From the NCBI GenBank assembly GCA_040220235.1, contig JAVJTO010000042.1: 41,022 bases of DNA; one strand, given 5' to 3'. The notes beneath the pieces were generated by a model, which saw nothing but the letters and a program-made list of their open reading frames with translations, did no database searches and had not been told where the DNA came from. Positions within the stretch are counted from its first letter, which is position 1, and the number at the start of each line of letters is the position of its first letter. Source of the DNA: Coleofasciculus sp. B1-GNL1-01. Lineage in GTDB: Bacteria; Cyanobacteriota; Cyanobacteriia; Cyanobacteriales; Coleofasciculaceae. This document shows positions 27,723-37,704 of the stretch, one piece after another. Position numbers and translations under genes: made by a program.

Positions 27723-29067
27723 AATTCCCCAAATACTTCAATCTCACCATAAAAAAGCCATCCATCTGATGCTGATGGGGTAAGACTTTCAGCCAGCCTT
27801 GAGGCGTAGAAAAAGTGGTGAGTGTCGGCGGGGGTGCATCGATACGCCAGTGGGGATGACGTTCTAGAAAGGCTTGAATCACGGCTTCATTTTCCTGGGG
27901 ATGCAAAGTACAGGTGGCGTAAACTAAGACGCCTCCGGGTTTTACCCAGGTGGCTGTCTGAGTTAATAGTTCACTTTGCAGTACAGAAAGTTCCTGAACT
28001 CTGGCTGGAGTACAACGCCACCGGATATCGGGGCGACGGTGCAGCGTACCTAAGCCAGAACAGGGGGCGTCAAGTAAAACAGCATCGGCTTTTTGGGTAA
28101 ATTGGGGAAAGTCGCGGCTATCGCCTGGGCAGATTTGAATGGATTGTAATTGTAACCGTTGGGTATTAGCTTTGACTTTTTTTAGGCGAGATGCGGCTTT
28201 GTCACATGCCCAGATTGTACCGCGATCGCGCATGAGTTCGGCAAGATGCGTGGTTTTACCGCCCGGTGCAGCACAAGCGTCAATGATGACATCATGGGGT
28301 TGAGGATTAAGTAAATGACTCACCAGTTGAGCGCTACTATCTTGAATTGTCCACCATCCCTCGTTAAATCCAGGAAGCGTTTGTATTGAACCTGTACTTC
28401 CTTGGAAGCGTAAGGCTTGGGGGAGGTGGGGAAGGCGCTGAACCTGAATACCTGCGGCTTGCATTGCTGTCTCCACCGTATCGATGGAAGCGTTCAAGGG
28501 ATTGATCCGCAGGTCAAGGGTTGGCGGTTGGTTGAACCATTGACAAAGGGCTTCTGTTTCCTCGATGCCGAATTGATTTAACCACAGTTCGATCATCCAG
28601 TCGGGAAAACTATAGAGAATACCCAGGCGCTGAATCGGGTGGGAGGGTAATTGTAAGGGATCGTTTAGTTGGGGATTGGTGTTTAGACGGGTATACTGTC
28701 GCAGTACCCCATTAACTACCCCAGCCAGTCCTTTTAATTGATTAGCTTTAGCTAGTTCCACGCTGGTATTAACGGCGGCTGATGGGGGAATCCGTTGTAG
28801 ATAGCGCAATTGGTATAAGCCCAGATGCAGAATGAAGCGCAAGTCTGGGGGCTGCTGGTGGGCTTTTTTCTTCCCCAATTGATCAATTAAGGCATCCAGG
28901 GTGCGAGTATGTCTGGTAGTACCATAGACTAAATCGGTTAACAGAGCGCGATCGGCACGGTTGAGAGTAGCGTTCTGAAGCACTCGATCCAACGCAATAT
29001 CTGTAAACGCACCTAACTTGTGAATATCTCGTAGGGCGAGGAATGCAAGTTGGCGAGAGTTTGTCAT
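27721..29067 (-). CDS. rsmB: 16S rRNA m5C967 methyltransferase
   Basis: NusB-like N-terminus, QDSSAQ, DACAAPGGKTTH, DAPCSGLG, YATCTL, DGFF. Confidence 0.96.
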   Translation of the reverse strand: MTNSRQLAFLALRDIHKLGAFTDIALDRVLQNATLNRADRALLTDLVYGTTRHTRTLDALIDQLGKKKAHQQPPDLRFILHLGLYQLRYLQRIPPSAAVNTSVELAKANQLKGLAGVVNGVLRQYTRLNTNPQLNDPLQLPSHPIQRLGILYSFPDWMIELWLNQFGIEETEALCQWFNQPPTLDLRINPLNASIDTVETAMQAAGIQVQRLPHLPQALRFQGSTGSIQTLPGFNEGWWTIQDSSAQLVSHLLNPQPHDVIIDACAAPGGKTTHLAELMRDRGTIWACDKAASRLKKVKANTQRLQLQSIQICPGDSRDFPQFTQKADAVLLDAPCSGLGTLHRRPDIRWRCTPARVQELSVLQSELLTQTATWVKPGGVLVYATCTLHPQENEAVIQAFLERHPHWRIDAPPPTLTTFSTPQGWLKVLPHQHQMDGFFMVRLKYLGN

Positions 29068-29137
29068 GGATAACTCAAAAAACCTTTACATAAACAAAAG
29101 ACAATCAGAGGCGCTAACTTGCATTGTTCCCACCGAC

Positions 29138-30430
29138 TTACAAATCTTGGCGTGACAACAAAGACACGACAGACTCCTGCTGGCGCAAGGCAAAACGATC
29201 AGCAACTATCAGCGCGGGCAATTCGCCAATGGGTGCGTCTGGGCTGAACTGGAGACGATTATAGGATACCCAATTGCCTTTTACTCGCCATCCCACGCGA
29301 TCGCCAAAACTACACCAGGCTTGCCAATGACTTTTCTGCTTATCTAGAATACTCTGCCAGATTTGCTTTTGGACGGTTAAACCGAAGCGATCGCGACTGT
29401 ATTCTCTCCACATCTTATCAATCCGATGTAATTCCTGAACCGGAAACGTCTCAATATCCGCCACCCTCAACCAGCCGTCTCGTTTTGATACTTTCAGCAC
29501 GAGTTTAGCCGTTTCTTGATCCGCCGCTTGCCACTGTTGAGCCGCCAGTAGAGTCCGCAATCGCTGATAATCGTCAGGAGAAAGTCCCGATAGTACTGTA
29601 CTACTGCCCAACATTACCAACCATTCTGCCACGGATTGGGGACGGGCTTCCGGTTGGAGTGCCATCCCTTTCAGGATAGCTTGATTGACGCGATCGCTAA
29701 TTTTAGGATTAAGCTGTTGAGGGGCTTCTAATTCTAAACGGTATGCTCGCATCGGTGCAGGTAAGGGAATTTCACCCGTTAGCAAAGCATACAATGTCGC
29801 GGCTAAAGCATAAACATCAGTATAAGCACCTCGTTTGGATCGCCAATCATATTGTTCAATTGGCGCAAATCCTTCAGATAACGACTGGGTATGGGTTTGG
29901 GTAATATTGGGGGTGAATTCACGGGCAATGCCAAAATCAATCAGAACGGCTTCATATCCAGCAATTCCGGGTACAGTTTCCACAGGACGCCGCATAATAT
30001 TGAGAGGTTTGATATCTCGGTGCAGTAAGCCTTGATTGTGAATCAGCGTCAGTGCATTGCCAATCTGCTGGATGTAGCCTAACGCTTCGGATTCGGACAA
30101 AACACCGTGATGCCAAACTCGATGGGCTAATGTTTCCCCCTCTATATATTCCATGACGATGCACCACTGTTCATCCTCTTTAATCACTTCATCGACGCGC
30201 ACGATATGAGGATGGCGGAATTTGGCTAAACGTAAGGCTTCATTGATGAAATCCTGCTGATATTTGGTGGCGTCGTATTGGCGTTGCAGGTAGTCGTTGA
30301 GGGTTTTAATCACCAAGGGATTTCCCTGTTTGTCTTTGACGAGGTAGGTTATGCCAAAGCCACCTTGTCCGAGGATTTTTGCGATCGCGTATTTGCCCTG
30401 TTGTAATTTCTGTCCGGGTTGCCACATCAT
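29138..30430 (-). CDS. Ser/Thr protein kinase with C-terminal GUN4 domain
   Basis: GQGGFG, HRDIKPLN, DFG, APIE. GUN4 pattern YQRLRTLLAAQQWQAADQET..IDKMWREYS..FG..VQKQIW..GDRVGWR. Confidence 0.93.
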   Translation of the reverse strand: MMWQPGQKLQQGKYAIAKILGQGGFGITYLVKDKQGNPLVIKTLNDYLQRQYDATKYQQDFINEALRLAKFRHPHIVRVDEVIKEDEQWCIVMEYIEGETLAHRVWHHGVLSESEALGYIQQIGNALTLIHNQGLLHRDIKPLNIMRRPVETVPGIAGYEAVLIDFGIAREFTPNITQTHTQSLSEGFAPIEQYDWRSKRGAYTDVYALAATLYALLTGEIPLPAPMRAYRLELEAPQQLNPKISDRVNQAILKGMALQPEARPQSVAEWLVMLGSSTVLSGLSPDDYQRLRTLLAAQQWQAADQETAKLVLKVSKRDGWLRVADIETFPVQELHRIDKMWREYSRDRFGLTVQKQIWQSILDKQKSHWQAWCSFGDRVGWRVKGNWVSYNRLQFSPDAPIGELPALIVADRFALRQQESVVSLLSRQDL

Positions 30431-30467
30431 CGTCTACAATTCCAAGACCTTGATTGAGATCTATGTT

Positions 30468-30481
30468 AGTACATTTGTTCT
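30468..30481. promoter_or_regulatory. Putative cyanobacterial LexA box
   Basis: AGTACATTTGTTCT matches the RGTACNNNDGTWCB consensus; about 37 bp upstream of the kinase start. Confidence 0.6.
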
Positions 30482-30514
30482 ATATTGGGAAGAGGTGGTG
30501 CGATCGCATTTGAA

Positions 30515-31893
30515 CGTAATTGCGGCATTCCCCGACTTCAACGACAGTGGGTCGGGGAAGGATAGCAGACAAACTAGGAATTAAATATTCCGTAGTTTGT
30601 CAAATTTTTATGGTAAAATATAGGCATGAAAACACGTAGAGTGACCTATAGAATTTACCCAAACAAGGCTCAATGTGACCAGCTTCATTGGGCGAGAAAA
30701 ATGCACTGCGAGCTCTATAACGCGGCAATTGCTAACCGAAGGACGCAGTACAAGCGCTTTGGTCATTCCGTTAATTATCTTGAGCAGCAAAACTGTTTGC
30801 CTGAGTTTAAGAAAGTTTGGATTGAGTATGCCGAATTAGGTTCTCATACGTTACAAGCTACATTAAAGCGGGTTGATTTTGCCTATAAGCGATTTTTCCA
30901 AGGATTAGGTAAGTATCCTAAGTTTAAAGCGAAGCGGCGGTATAGTGGCTGGACCTATCCAGACAAAGCAGGTTGGAAGGCTTTATCTAACGGTAAAAAC
31001 GGTTACTTGGAACTAAGAGACCTTGGTTTAAAGATTCAAATGCGGGGGCAAGCTAGGACCTGGGGAACGCCAACAACCTGCACAATCTTTTTCAGAAATG
31101 GTAAGTGGTATGCGTCAATCACTGTGCAGTGCAACCCAATCCGTCAAACAGGTACGGGTTCAATCGGAATCGACCTTGGCTGTAAAGACGCGGTAACGCT
31201 TTCAACTGGCGAGAAAATTGCTAAACCCGATTTTATTAAAGAGGGACACAAAAAAGTTAAGGTAGCCTCAAAGCGGTTAAGACGCAAAAGACCACCTAAT
31301 AGGAACAAAAAAGTTAAGGGGTCGAGACGATGGAAAAAAGAACAAAAGCGGATTTCTGAGCTTCAGGGTAAGATATCCCGACAACGAGAAGACTGGCTGC
31401 ACAAAACAACCAGCGAGATAGTTAGCGGTAATAGCCTAATCGGTGGTGAGCAGTTAAACGTCAAGGGTATGACTCGGAAGGCAAACAAGGGTAAGCGTAA
31501 GAAACAGAAAGCCGGATTAAATCGGTCTATTCTCGACGTTGGGTTTGGCATAGTCGGTGATTTATTAAGCTACAAATCGGCTGAGGCAGGTGGGTTTTAT
31601 GTTGAGTCACCAACTAGGACGCTCAAGCCAACTCAACGATGTGCTAAATGTTGGGAATTAACGCCTAAGACTTTGAGCGATAGAGTCCATATTTGCTCTA
31701 ATCCCGACTGTAAGCACGTCGAAGATAGAGATGTTAATGCTGCTCAAGTTAATGAGATTTGGGCAAGGGGTTTGGAACGAACCTCTTTAGACGCAGAGCT
31801 ACCTAGCTCTACTGATTGTGGAAGCATGAAGCAACTAGGAGTGAGGAAGCGTCAGAAACAGCGACTTCAACGAAGTAAGTCGCTGTAGTTCAT
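30515..31893 (+). mobile_element. IS200/IS605-family tnpB-only element (left boundary approximate)
   Basis: Left hairpin TTCCCCGAC..GTCGGGGAA (30528-30559) and right hairpin ACAGCGAC..GTCGCTGT followed by AGTTCAT. Both contain CGACTTCAACGA. Confidence 0.8.
30626..31888 (+). CDS. tnpB: RNA-guided endonuclease TnpB
   Basis: YRIYP..LYN HTH start, RuvC residues GIDLG, GEQL, DRDVNAA, and Zn-ribbon CAKC..CSNPDC. Confidence 0.95.
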   Translation: MKTRRVTYRIYPNKAQCDQLHWARKMHCELYNAAIANRRTQYKRFGHSVNYLEQQNCLPEFKKVWIEYAELGSHTLQATLKRVDFAYKRFFQGLGKYPKFKAKRRYSGWTYPDKAGWKALSNGKNGYLELRDLGLKIQMRGQARTWGTPTTCTIFFRNGKWYASITVQCNPIRQTGTGSIGIDLGCKDAVTLSTGEKIAKPDFIKEGHKKVKVASKRLRRKRPPNRNKKVKGSRRWKKEQKRISELQGKISRQREDWLHKTTSEIVSGNSLIGGEQLNVKGMTRKANKGKRKKQKAGLNRSILDVGFGIVGDLLSYKSAEAGGFYVESPTRTLKPTQRCAKCWELTPKTLSDRVHICSNPDCKHVEDRDVNAAQVNEIWARGLERTSLDAELPSSTDCGSMKQLGVRKRQKQRLQRSKSL

Positions 31894-31976
31894 ATAAACA
31901 TTTTCTTAGATCGCCAAAACTCTTAATATACCGTAGGGTGGGTTTCGGCTTCGCTCAACCCACCAACCTTAAGTCA

Positions 31977-32840
31977 CTAAGACGCTTTAGGAACTAAAAA
32001 TCCTAGTAAATGTTGCAGAAACGAATAACTAACGACTTCCCGATAGGAGTCTTGGTGTAACCCTGATGATTGAGACTCGATGGCTGGGGTATAGTCATCT
32101 TCTACCGCTAGAGACATCTCTTCCGCTAAACCGATCGCAATTAAGCGAAAAGCAATCTGCTGTACCGTTTTCAGGGGAAGTTGTAGGTATTGGGCGATGG
32201 ATTTGAGAGACACCATGCAATCCGTATATGTCCAAACTTGCCACTCTAGGTCATTTAACGGAAACTCAGACTGATCTGTCCCTAAACTGGCTAAACCCAT
32301 ATCTGGATCAGGTAAGTGATCCGCCAAAGCATCCCAACTTGGTAAATTTCTCAGTCCCATCAATGTGGCGAGTGTCGCTGATATACTCAAACCTGTCATT
32401 TCTATTGTCGGTAGCGGTACATTATGATCAAACCTAAAATGACCTGCTTTAAGTTGAAATGCATTGCATAAGGGCTGGAGAACTTGAACTTGGAATAGCC
32501 ACTTGAGTTGTTGGTTGGTTAAAATACCCTGTTTTTTCAGATAAGAACCCAAAGGTTGATGCTTAGGACATAATCTCGTCAATTTAGCAAAGAGACTGGA
32601 TGGACAGATATCCTTGAGCCAGCGCTGTTGGGCAATTAAGGAGACTAAACCTTGATGATCTAACAAATTTGCCATTCCCACAAGCTGTCCCCGATACACC
32701 CAGATATAATACGCTTGATTCGAGGACGTATGATCCGTACCTTCAGGATGCAGAGTGAGTAAACCGCTTTGATGTCCAGTTTCCAGTAAGCAAAAAACTT
32801 GCGGTAGAGAAAAATCAGCAAGAGAACCTGTGATGCACAT
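31977..32840 (-). CDS. DUF4388/PATAN-like domain protein
   Basis: ITGSLADFSLPQVF..SGLLTL..IWVYRGQLV, PLGSYL, GHFRF; C-terminal wHTH-like LEWQVW..SLKSIA. Confidence 0.85.
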   Translation of the reverse strand: MCITGSLADFSLPQVFCLLETGHQSGLLTLHPEGTDHTSSNQAYYIWVYRGQLVGMANLLDHQGLVSLIAQQRWLKDICPSSLFAKLTRLCPKHQPLGSYLKKQGILTNQQLKWLFQVQVLQPLCNAFQLKAGHFRFDHNVPLPTIEMTGLSISATLATLMGLRNLPSWDALADHLPDPDMGLASLGTDQSEFPLNDLEWQVWTYTDCMVSLKSIAQYLQLPLKTVQQIAFRLIAIGLAEEMSLAVEDDYTPAIESQSSGLHQDSYREVVSYSFLQHLLGFLVPKAS

Positions 32841-32995
32841 GATAATTGAAAGAGTTTTTAAGGGTTGACGTTAAATTTTTTAAAGGAGGGAGGTAAGCGA
32901 AAGCCCTGATCTATACAGAAGTTTTGATTTTTTTCAGAGGTTATTCGGGACAAGTTTTACAGAATGCCAGCCACTCCTCCCTGAAAACATTTGAC

Positions 32996-33355
32996 TTAGC
33001 AACAGAGACAGTGGGATTGAATCCGTTCTAATAACTTTTGGAAACTAAAGGGTTTGAAAAAATAAGCATTAGCTTTGGCTTCATTCGTCAAGATTATTGG
33101 CAAATCTCGTTCTAAACCTGTCATTAGGAATATAGGCAGACGATAGCCATGATAACGCAATTTTTTACACAGACTTATCCCATCTAGTTTGGGAAGCTCG
33201 ATATCAGAAAGTACCAAGTCATAGTCAGTGATTACTGCCCTGTCCCAAGCCGCTGCACCGTTTGTGACTACATCGACGGTATAGCCTTCAAATGTGAGAC
33301 ATTCCAATAACACTTCGGCAAAGTCTAAATTATCTTCAACGACAAGGATTTTCAT
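32996..33355 (-). CDS. Single-domain response regulator
   Basis: KILVVEDN, LSDIELPKLDG, MTG and KPF motifs. Confidence 0.92.
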   Translation of the reverse strand: MKILVVEDNLDFAEVLLECLTFEGYTVDVVTNGAAAWDRAVITDYDLVLSDIELPKLDGISLCKKLRYHGYRLPIFLMTGLERDLPIILTNEAKANAYFFKPFSFQKLLERIQSHCLCC

Positions 33356-34081
33356 GATATATAAATCCGTTTTCTAAACAAGGATAATGCTTCCGGGAAC
33401 TCTCCCCGACAAATTGAGCTTTTCAGACCAGTGTTTATCGGTTAAGTTTTTCAGAGAAAATCCCTAGGGTTCCGGTTAAATCCATTGAAGTTTTAGACGC
33501 CCGTTTGTCACGGCGATCGCTCCAGCTACGACGCCTTAACAATCACTCAAATCCAAAGCGATTTTTCGTTAATAGCTTTAGCCAAGAATGCGGATCAATA
33601 CCAGCGACCTCTCTTCCAGCCTATCCCCGTTACACTGAGGAATAAATTTTATGGTGTTTCACAACCTACCATCTATACTTTTTATGATGCCAAATTTAAT
33701 CTCTATCAACAATATATAAATTTGATATGAATTTTGTGTGGCTGAACGGCGAAGCTTTATCTAATCTTTAATTGCTGTCCCAAAAATTTACAGACTCTTT
33801 AAATAAGAGGGTTGACAAACTCAATTGGATGTTGAATTCTTATTAAGATAATCAGATTTCCAGATTTGTCAATATATAAAGTTGATATTTTAGTCAGAGA
33901 CAGGTCACTATTTATTCGCGTCTATTTTGGTTTACTGCACAAAATTATGTAATTGTCAATATATTAAACTGATAAGTTGAGGGAGTCATCTTTGTCTAAA
34001 TTTTATGAACTTATATGAATTGACAAGGCGTGACATGTTCTAAACGGTAATGGCGCTACAGGCTGAGAAGGCATAGATAGG

Positions 34082-35455
34082 ATGATTAAACAGGGGCATC
34101 GTCCAATTGACCAGATATTGGAATGTATTGATACGTTCCTGGTTGCCAAGACTGGTCATTCGCTGAGTTATATTCAAAAAGCGATTCTATGGGCATCATG
34201 GCAGGATGAACCTAAAACCTATGACCAGATTGCTCAGGAGAATGGTTATTCTGCCAACTATATTAAGCAAGGTGTCGCGCCGAAGTTATGGCACTTACTC
34301 TCAAACGCCTGTGGGGAAAAAGTTAATAAGACGAATTTTCGCTCGGTACTCGAACGAAGACTGTTCAGTGACAAGGGTTTGACAACGGCTAACTTCCTAA
34401 AACCTAGGCAGTTTGTTGCCTTAGAAGTACCAGAGGGACAAGTTCCGTTGAATTCTATCTATTATATTGAGCGATCGCCTATAGAATCAGACGGCTGTCA
34501 GCAAATCCGCCAACCCGCCACTATCCTGCGTTTGCAGGGTTCTCAGCAGATGGGGAAAACCTCGTTAATGGCAAGAATTCTGGCTGATGCACAGAAGCAG
34601 AACTATCAGACGGTACGATTGAGTTTGAATCAGGCAGAGAGTTCAGTGTTTAGTGCGATCGCAACATTTCTGCGCTGGCTTTGTGTCAATGTGACACGAC
34701 AACTTAGATTAGAACTGAAACTAGATGAGTATTGGGATGAAGCAATGGGCAGTTTGGTTAGCTGCACGCTTTATTTCCAGGAGTATTTGCTTGCACAAAG
34801 CGATCGCCCGTTGGTTATTGCCATTGATGAAGTGAATCAAGTTTTCGAGTATCCTGCGATCGCGGCAGACTTTTTGGCATTATTACACTCCTGGCAAGAG
34901 GATACCAAAGATATCCCCATCTTTTCAAACCTGCGCTTGGTGCTAGTTCATTCCTCTGAGGGTTATTGTTGGTTTCATACCTATCAATCGCTGTTAACTG
35001 TGGGGTTAGGGATTCAGTTATCCCCGTTTACTCGCGAACAAGTCTACGAGTTGGCAAAGCGTTATGGACTCTATTTATCATCCCAGGAACTGGATCAGCT
35101 TATCCGGTTAGTGGGAGGGTTTCCCTATTTGGTGCGTTTGATGTTCTATGAAATGGTCAAACATCAGGTAAGTTTCAAATCGGTAGCAGAAACTGTAGCG
35201 ACGGATACAGGAATCTATGGGAATCACTTGCATCGCCTTTTATGGAGGCTGCGTCAGTATCCAGATTTAGCGGTGGCGTATCAGCAGGTGATTAAGGCAA
35301 ATGGTGCTGTAGAACTTGATCCAATCCAGATGGTGAAGCTGCACAGTTTCGGGTTAGTGCGTTGGGTTGGCGATCGCGTGGTGGTAAGCTGTCAGTTGTA
35401 TGAAGAGTATTTCCGCGATCGTGTCTGTAGATATCACTTCATCGAAACTTTATAG
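34082..35455 (+). CDS. N-terminal HTH + AAA_35-like ATPase
   Basis: TYDQIAQENGYSANYIK..KLWHLLS..GEKV HTH; PEGQVPL..YIER, QMGKTS, IAIDEV, GGFPYL. Confidence 0.85.
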   Translation: MIKQGHRPIDQILECIDTFLVAKTGHSLSYIQKAILWASWQDEPKTYDQIAQENGYSANYIKQGVAPKLWHLLSNACGEKVNKTNFRSVLERRLFSDKGLTTANFLKPRQFVALEVPEGQVPLNSIYYIERSPIESDGCQQIRQPATILRLQGSQQMGKTSLMARILADAQKQNYQTVRLSLNQAESSVFSAIATFLRWLCVNVTRQLRLELKLDEYWDEAMGSLVSCTLYFQEYLLAQSDRPLVIAIDEVNQVFEYPAIAADFLALLHSWQEDTKDIPIFSNLRLVLVHSSEGYCWFHTYQSLLTVGLGIQLSPFTREQVYELAKRYGLYLSSQELDQLIRLVGGFPYLVRLMFYEMVKHQVSFKSVAETVATDTGIYGNHLHRLLWRLRQYPDLAVAYQQVIKANGAVELDPIQMVKLHSFGLVRWVGDRVVVSCQLYEEYFRDRVCRYHFIETL

Positions 35456-35610
35456 AAAGTTATTGATAGCTTTACATTCAGGTCTTGCCAACAGCAGGAG
35501 TATTCAGTTAGCTTATTTGTGAGGAGAGGAAAATATCGTAATCCCTAAAATAATTGACTCTTCTTAAATTCTACAATTACTTATTTGTTCGCCAAACCGA
35601 AGGAGTTCCA

Positions 35611-36330
35611 ATGAATAAAACAATCCTTGCTTCCCTAGCCATGCTTCCTGTCGTTACAGCTAGTGTTTTTAGCACAGCTAGTGAAGCAAAAGCAGCGGCT
35701 TTGGTCGGAGAGTTCAGTATTTCTCCGGGAATAAACCTAACGGATACTGCACCTTTCGTACAAGTCACCAATGCTACTCTGTTTTCCGATCAGATAAAAT
35801 TCACACCTGATCCAGGAGCGCTTCTTTTATCGAATCAATCTGGAACCTTCTCTGCCTTCGACGCCGGAACAATCAAGTCAATTCCTTCTCCGCTTATCCC
35901 TAGCAATGGAGCAACCAAAGATAACCCATTGGTCAAAAACTTTTTAGATTTGGGCAATTTACCCTTTGGCGATGCCAGTATAACCGATGAAGAAGATACA
36001 TTTTCTCTGTTGAGCATCGGCGACTTTACAATCGAGGAAATGTTTGACCATGACAATCAATTCACGGGTACATCTATATCCATAGGACTTTCCGGATTCT
36101 TCACCAGTGCAGAGGGGCAAATGTCTAAAGGTGCAGGCACTATAACCTTCCAAAGTACCCTGAGAGAGTCAGGTGTTCAAGCGGCGCTTGCCTCCTCTGA
36201 AGGTTTAGATGCTAGTTTCTCTGGTGTGTTCATGAGTGCTTCTGTACCTGAACCCACAACCTTGGCTGGTTTAGGCTTAGTCGCGGGTTCTCTGATGCTG
36301 TCTCGCTCTCGCAAAAAGAAACAGGCGTAA
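35611..36330 (+). CDS. PEP-CTERM sorting domain protein 1
   Basis: AGGAG then ATG 35611 (MNKTILASL), signal peptide, VPEPTTLAGLGL..RSRKKK. Confidence 0.92.
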   Translation: MNKTILASLAMLPVVTASVFSTASEAKAAALVGEFSISPGINLTDTAPFVQVTNATLFSDQIKFTPDPGALLLSNQSGTFSAFDAGTIKSIPSPLIPSNGATKDNPLVKNFLDLGNLPFGDASITDEEDTFSLLSIGDFTIEEMFDHDNQFTGTSISIGLSGFFTSAEGQMSKGAGTITFQSTLRESGVQAALASSEGLDASFSGVFMSASVPEPTTLAGLGLVAGSLMLSRSRKKKQA

Positions 36331-36340
36331 TATATGCTAC

Positions 36341-36373
36341 ACCAGAGGGGGCGATATACCGTGTCCCTCTGGT
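36341..36373 (+). terminator. Hairpin after PEP-CTERM 1
   Basis: ACCAGAGGG..CCCTCTGGT; no clear U-tail. Confidence 0.45.
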
Positions 36374-36739
36374 ATCCGGCAAAAGAGAGCGCTTCTCAAC
36401 GTGCGCTTATTGATCTTTAATTGATCTTGACAAAGTTGTGTTATATTAAGTAAAGCGTCTACACACAAAGCGTGCAGTCACTGGTGTAATATTAAAAATC
36501 TCTAACCTCCAGGAAGCATCAATTCCAAGAAATCCCCCAATAGCAGGATGTCTTGCTCCTCTGGACGAAAGTTCATGAAAACTTTACAGAAAGTTCATCA
36601 TAGCTTTATGGATACTCCTAGACATGTCGAGTAGTATGAAGTTAGCTTAAGGAAAGAAAAGTAATCTGAATGTCAGAGTCTCACAGGCTCAAGACTCCTT
36701 AAGTACCACGCAATCGATCTGTCATTAGGAGTATATTTC

Positions 36740-37381
36740 ATGAAAAAAGCAATTTTAGGTTCACTCGCTGTACTGCCCCTAGCGGCTGCTGGTGTGTTGG
36801 CTAACGCTGGCGCGGCAAGTGCTGCTGCGTTAACTGGTCAATTTAATTTCAGTAGCGTCTTCACTACTGCTGAAATTTCTATGGATGAAGTAGATTTCTC
36901 TGATCCAGGTGACATTGCTCTTACCCTTCAAACAGAAAGCTTTACAGCTTTTGATGCTGCTATCATCAGCGACATAGACTTGGATGATGCTACCGCAAAC
37001 AATCCCTTTTTAGACTTGGAAGCTAGCTTTCCTGGTAGTCCTGGAGATGGCTTGAATGTATTCAATCTAACAAGTGTTGGTGACTACACATTTAGCCAAA
37101 GTGGTGAGAATGTAGCCATTGATCTATCTGTTTTCGGACAGTTTATCAGTGCCGACGGTATGTTATCTGACGGTGCAGGTAACCTAACTTTCCAAGTTAA
37201 TGACGCTGACGCTGATGATATCGAAGACTTAGTTCTCAATCAAGATGGCATGGTGAATGCTTCATTCTCTGGTGCTGCATTTACTACCGCTTCTGTTCCT
37301 GAACCTGCCACGATGCTTGGTTTGGGAGTAGTCGCTGGTTCCTTAGCTCTGACCCGCGCTGGCAAAAAGAACAAGGCTTAA
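36740..37381 (+). CDS. PEP-CTERM sorting domain protein 2 (paralog of 1)
   Basis: Signal peptide, VPEPATMLGLG..RAGKKNK; shares DPG, AFDA, FLDL, GAG.(I/L)TFQ and ASFSG with protein 1. Confidence 0.93.
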   Translation: MKKAILGSLAVLPLAAAGVLANAGAASAAALTGQFNFSSVFTTAEISMDEVDFSDPGDIALTLQTESFTAFDAAIISDIDLDDATANNPFLDLEASFPGSPGDGLNVFNLTSVGDYTFSQSGENVAIDLSVFGQFISADGMLSDGAGNLTFQVNDADADDIEDLVLNQDGMVNASFSGAAFTTASVPEPATMLGLGVVAGSLALTRAGKKNKA

Positions 37382-37418
37382 GACAATAAGCTAGAGCCTT
37401 TGGCTCAAACACAAAAAC

Positions 37419-37453
37419 ATTGGGGACAACAAAAGCAAGACCCCCAATTTTTT
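37419..37453 (+). terminator. Putative intrinsic terminator
   Basis: ATTGGGG..CCCCAAT followed by a T-run. Confidence 0.55.
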
Positions 37454-37704
37454 GTATATAAAGCTACTGTCAAACCTTGAGACGAATGATGCGATCGCCC
37501 CTTTGGAGAAAATGAAGGTGCGATCGCTTTATCGTTAATCACAGTCAGCGTTAGAGGGCAGTTTATCAAAACTTCACATAACTGAGTGGTCACTTCACCG
37601 ATACTTCACCGAAATGGGGATGACACGCCAGTTAGAGTACAGTACCTTTAAAGAAAGGAAAAGCAGGGAATCTAGGGTAGACAGTCTAATCAAGGAGTTC
37701 AAAC

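Noticed and set aside
33460..33530. TAGGGTTCCG resembling the 5' part of a guanidine-I riboswitch
   Set aside because: Downstream conserved elements (GTCCGAG, AAAGCCCGG) are not found, and no suitable downstream gene.
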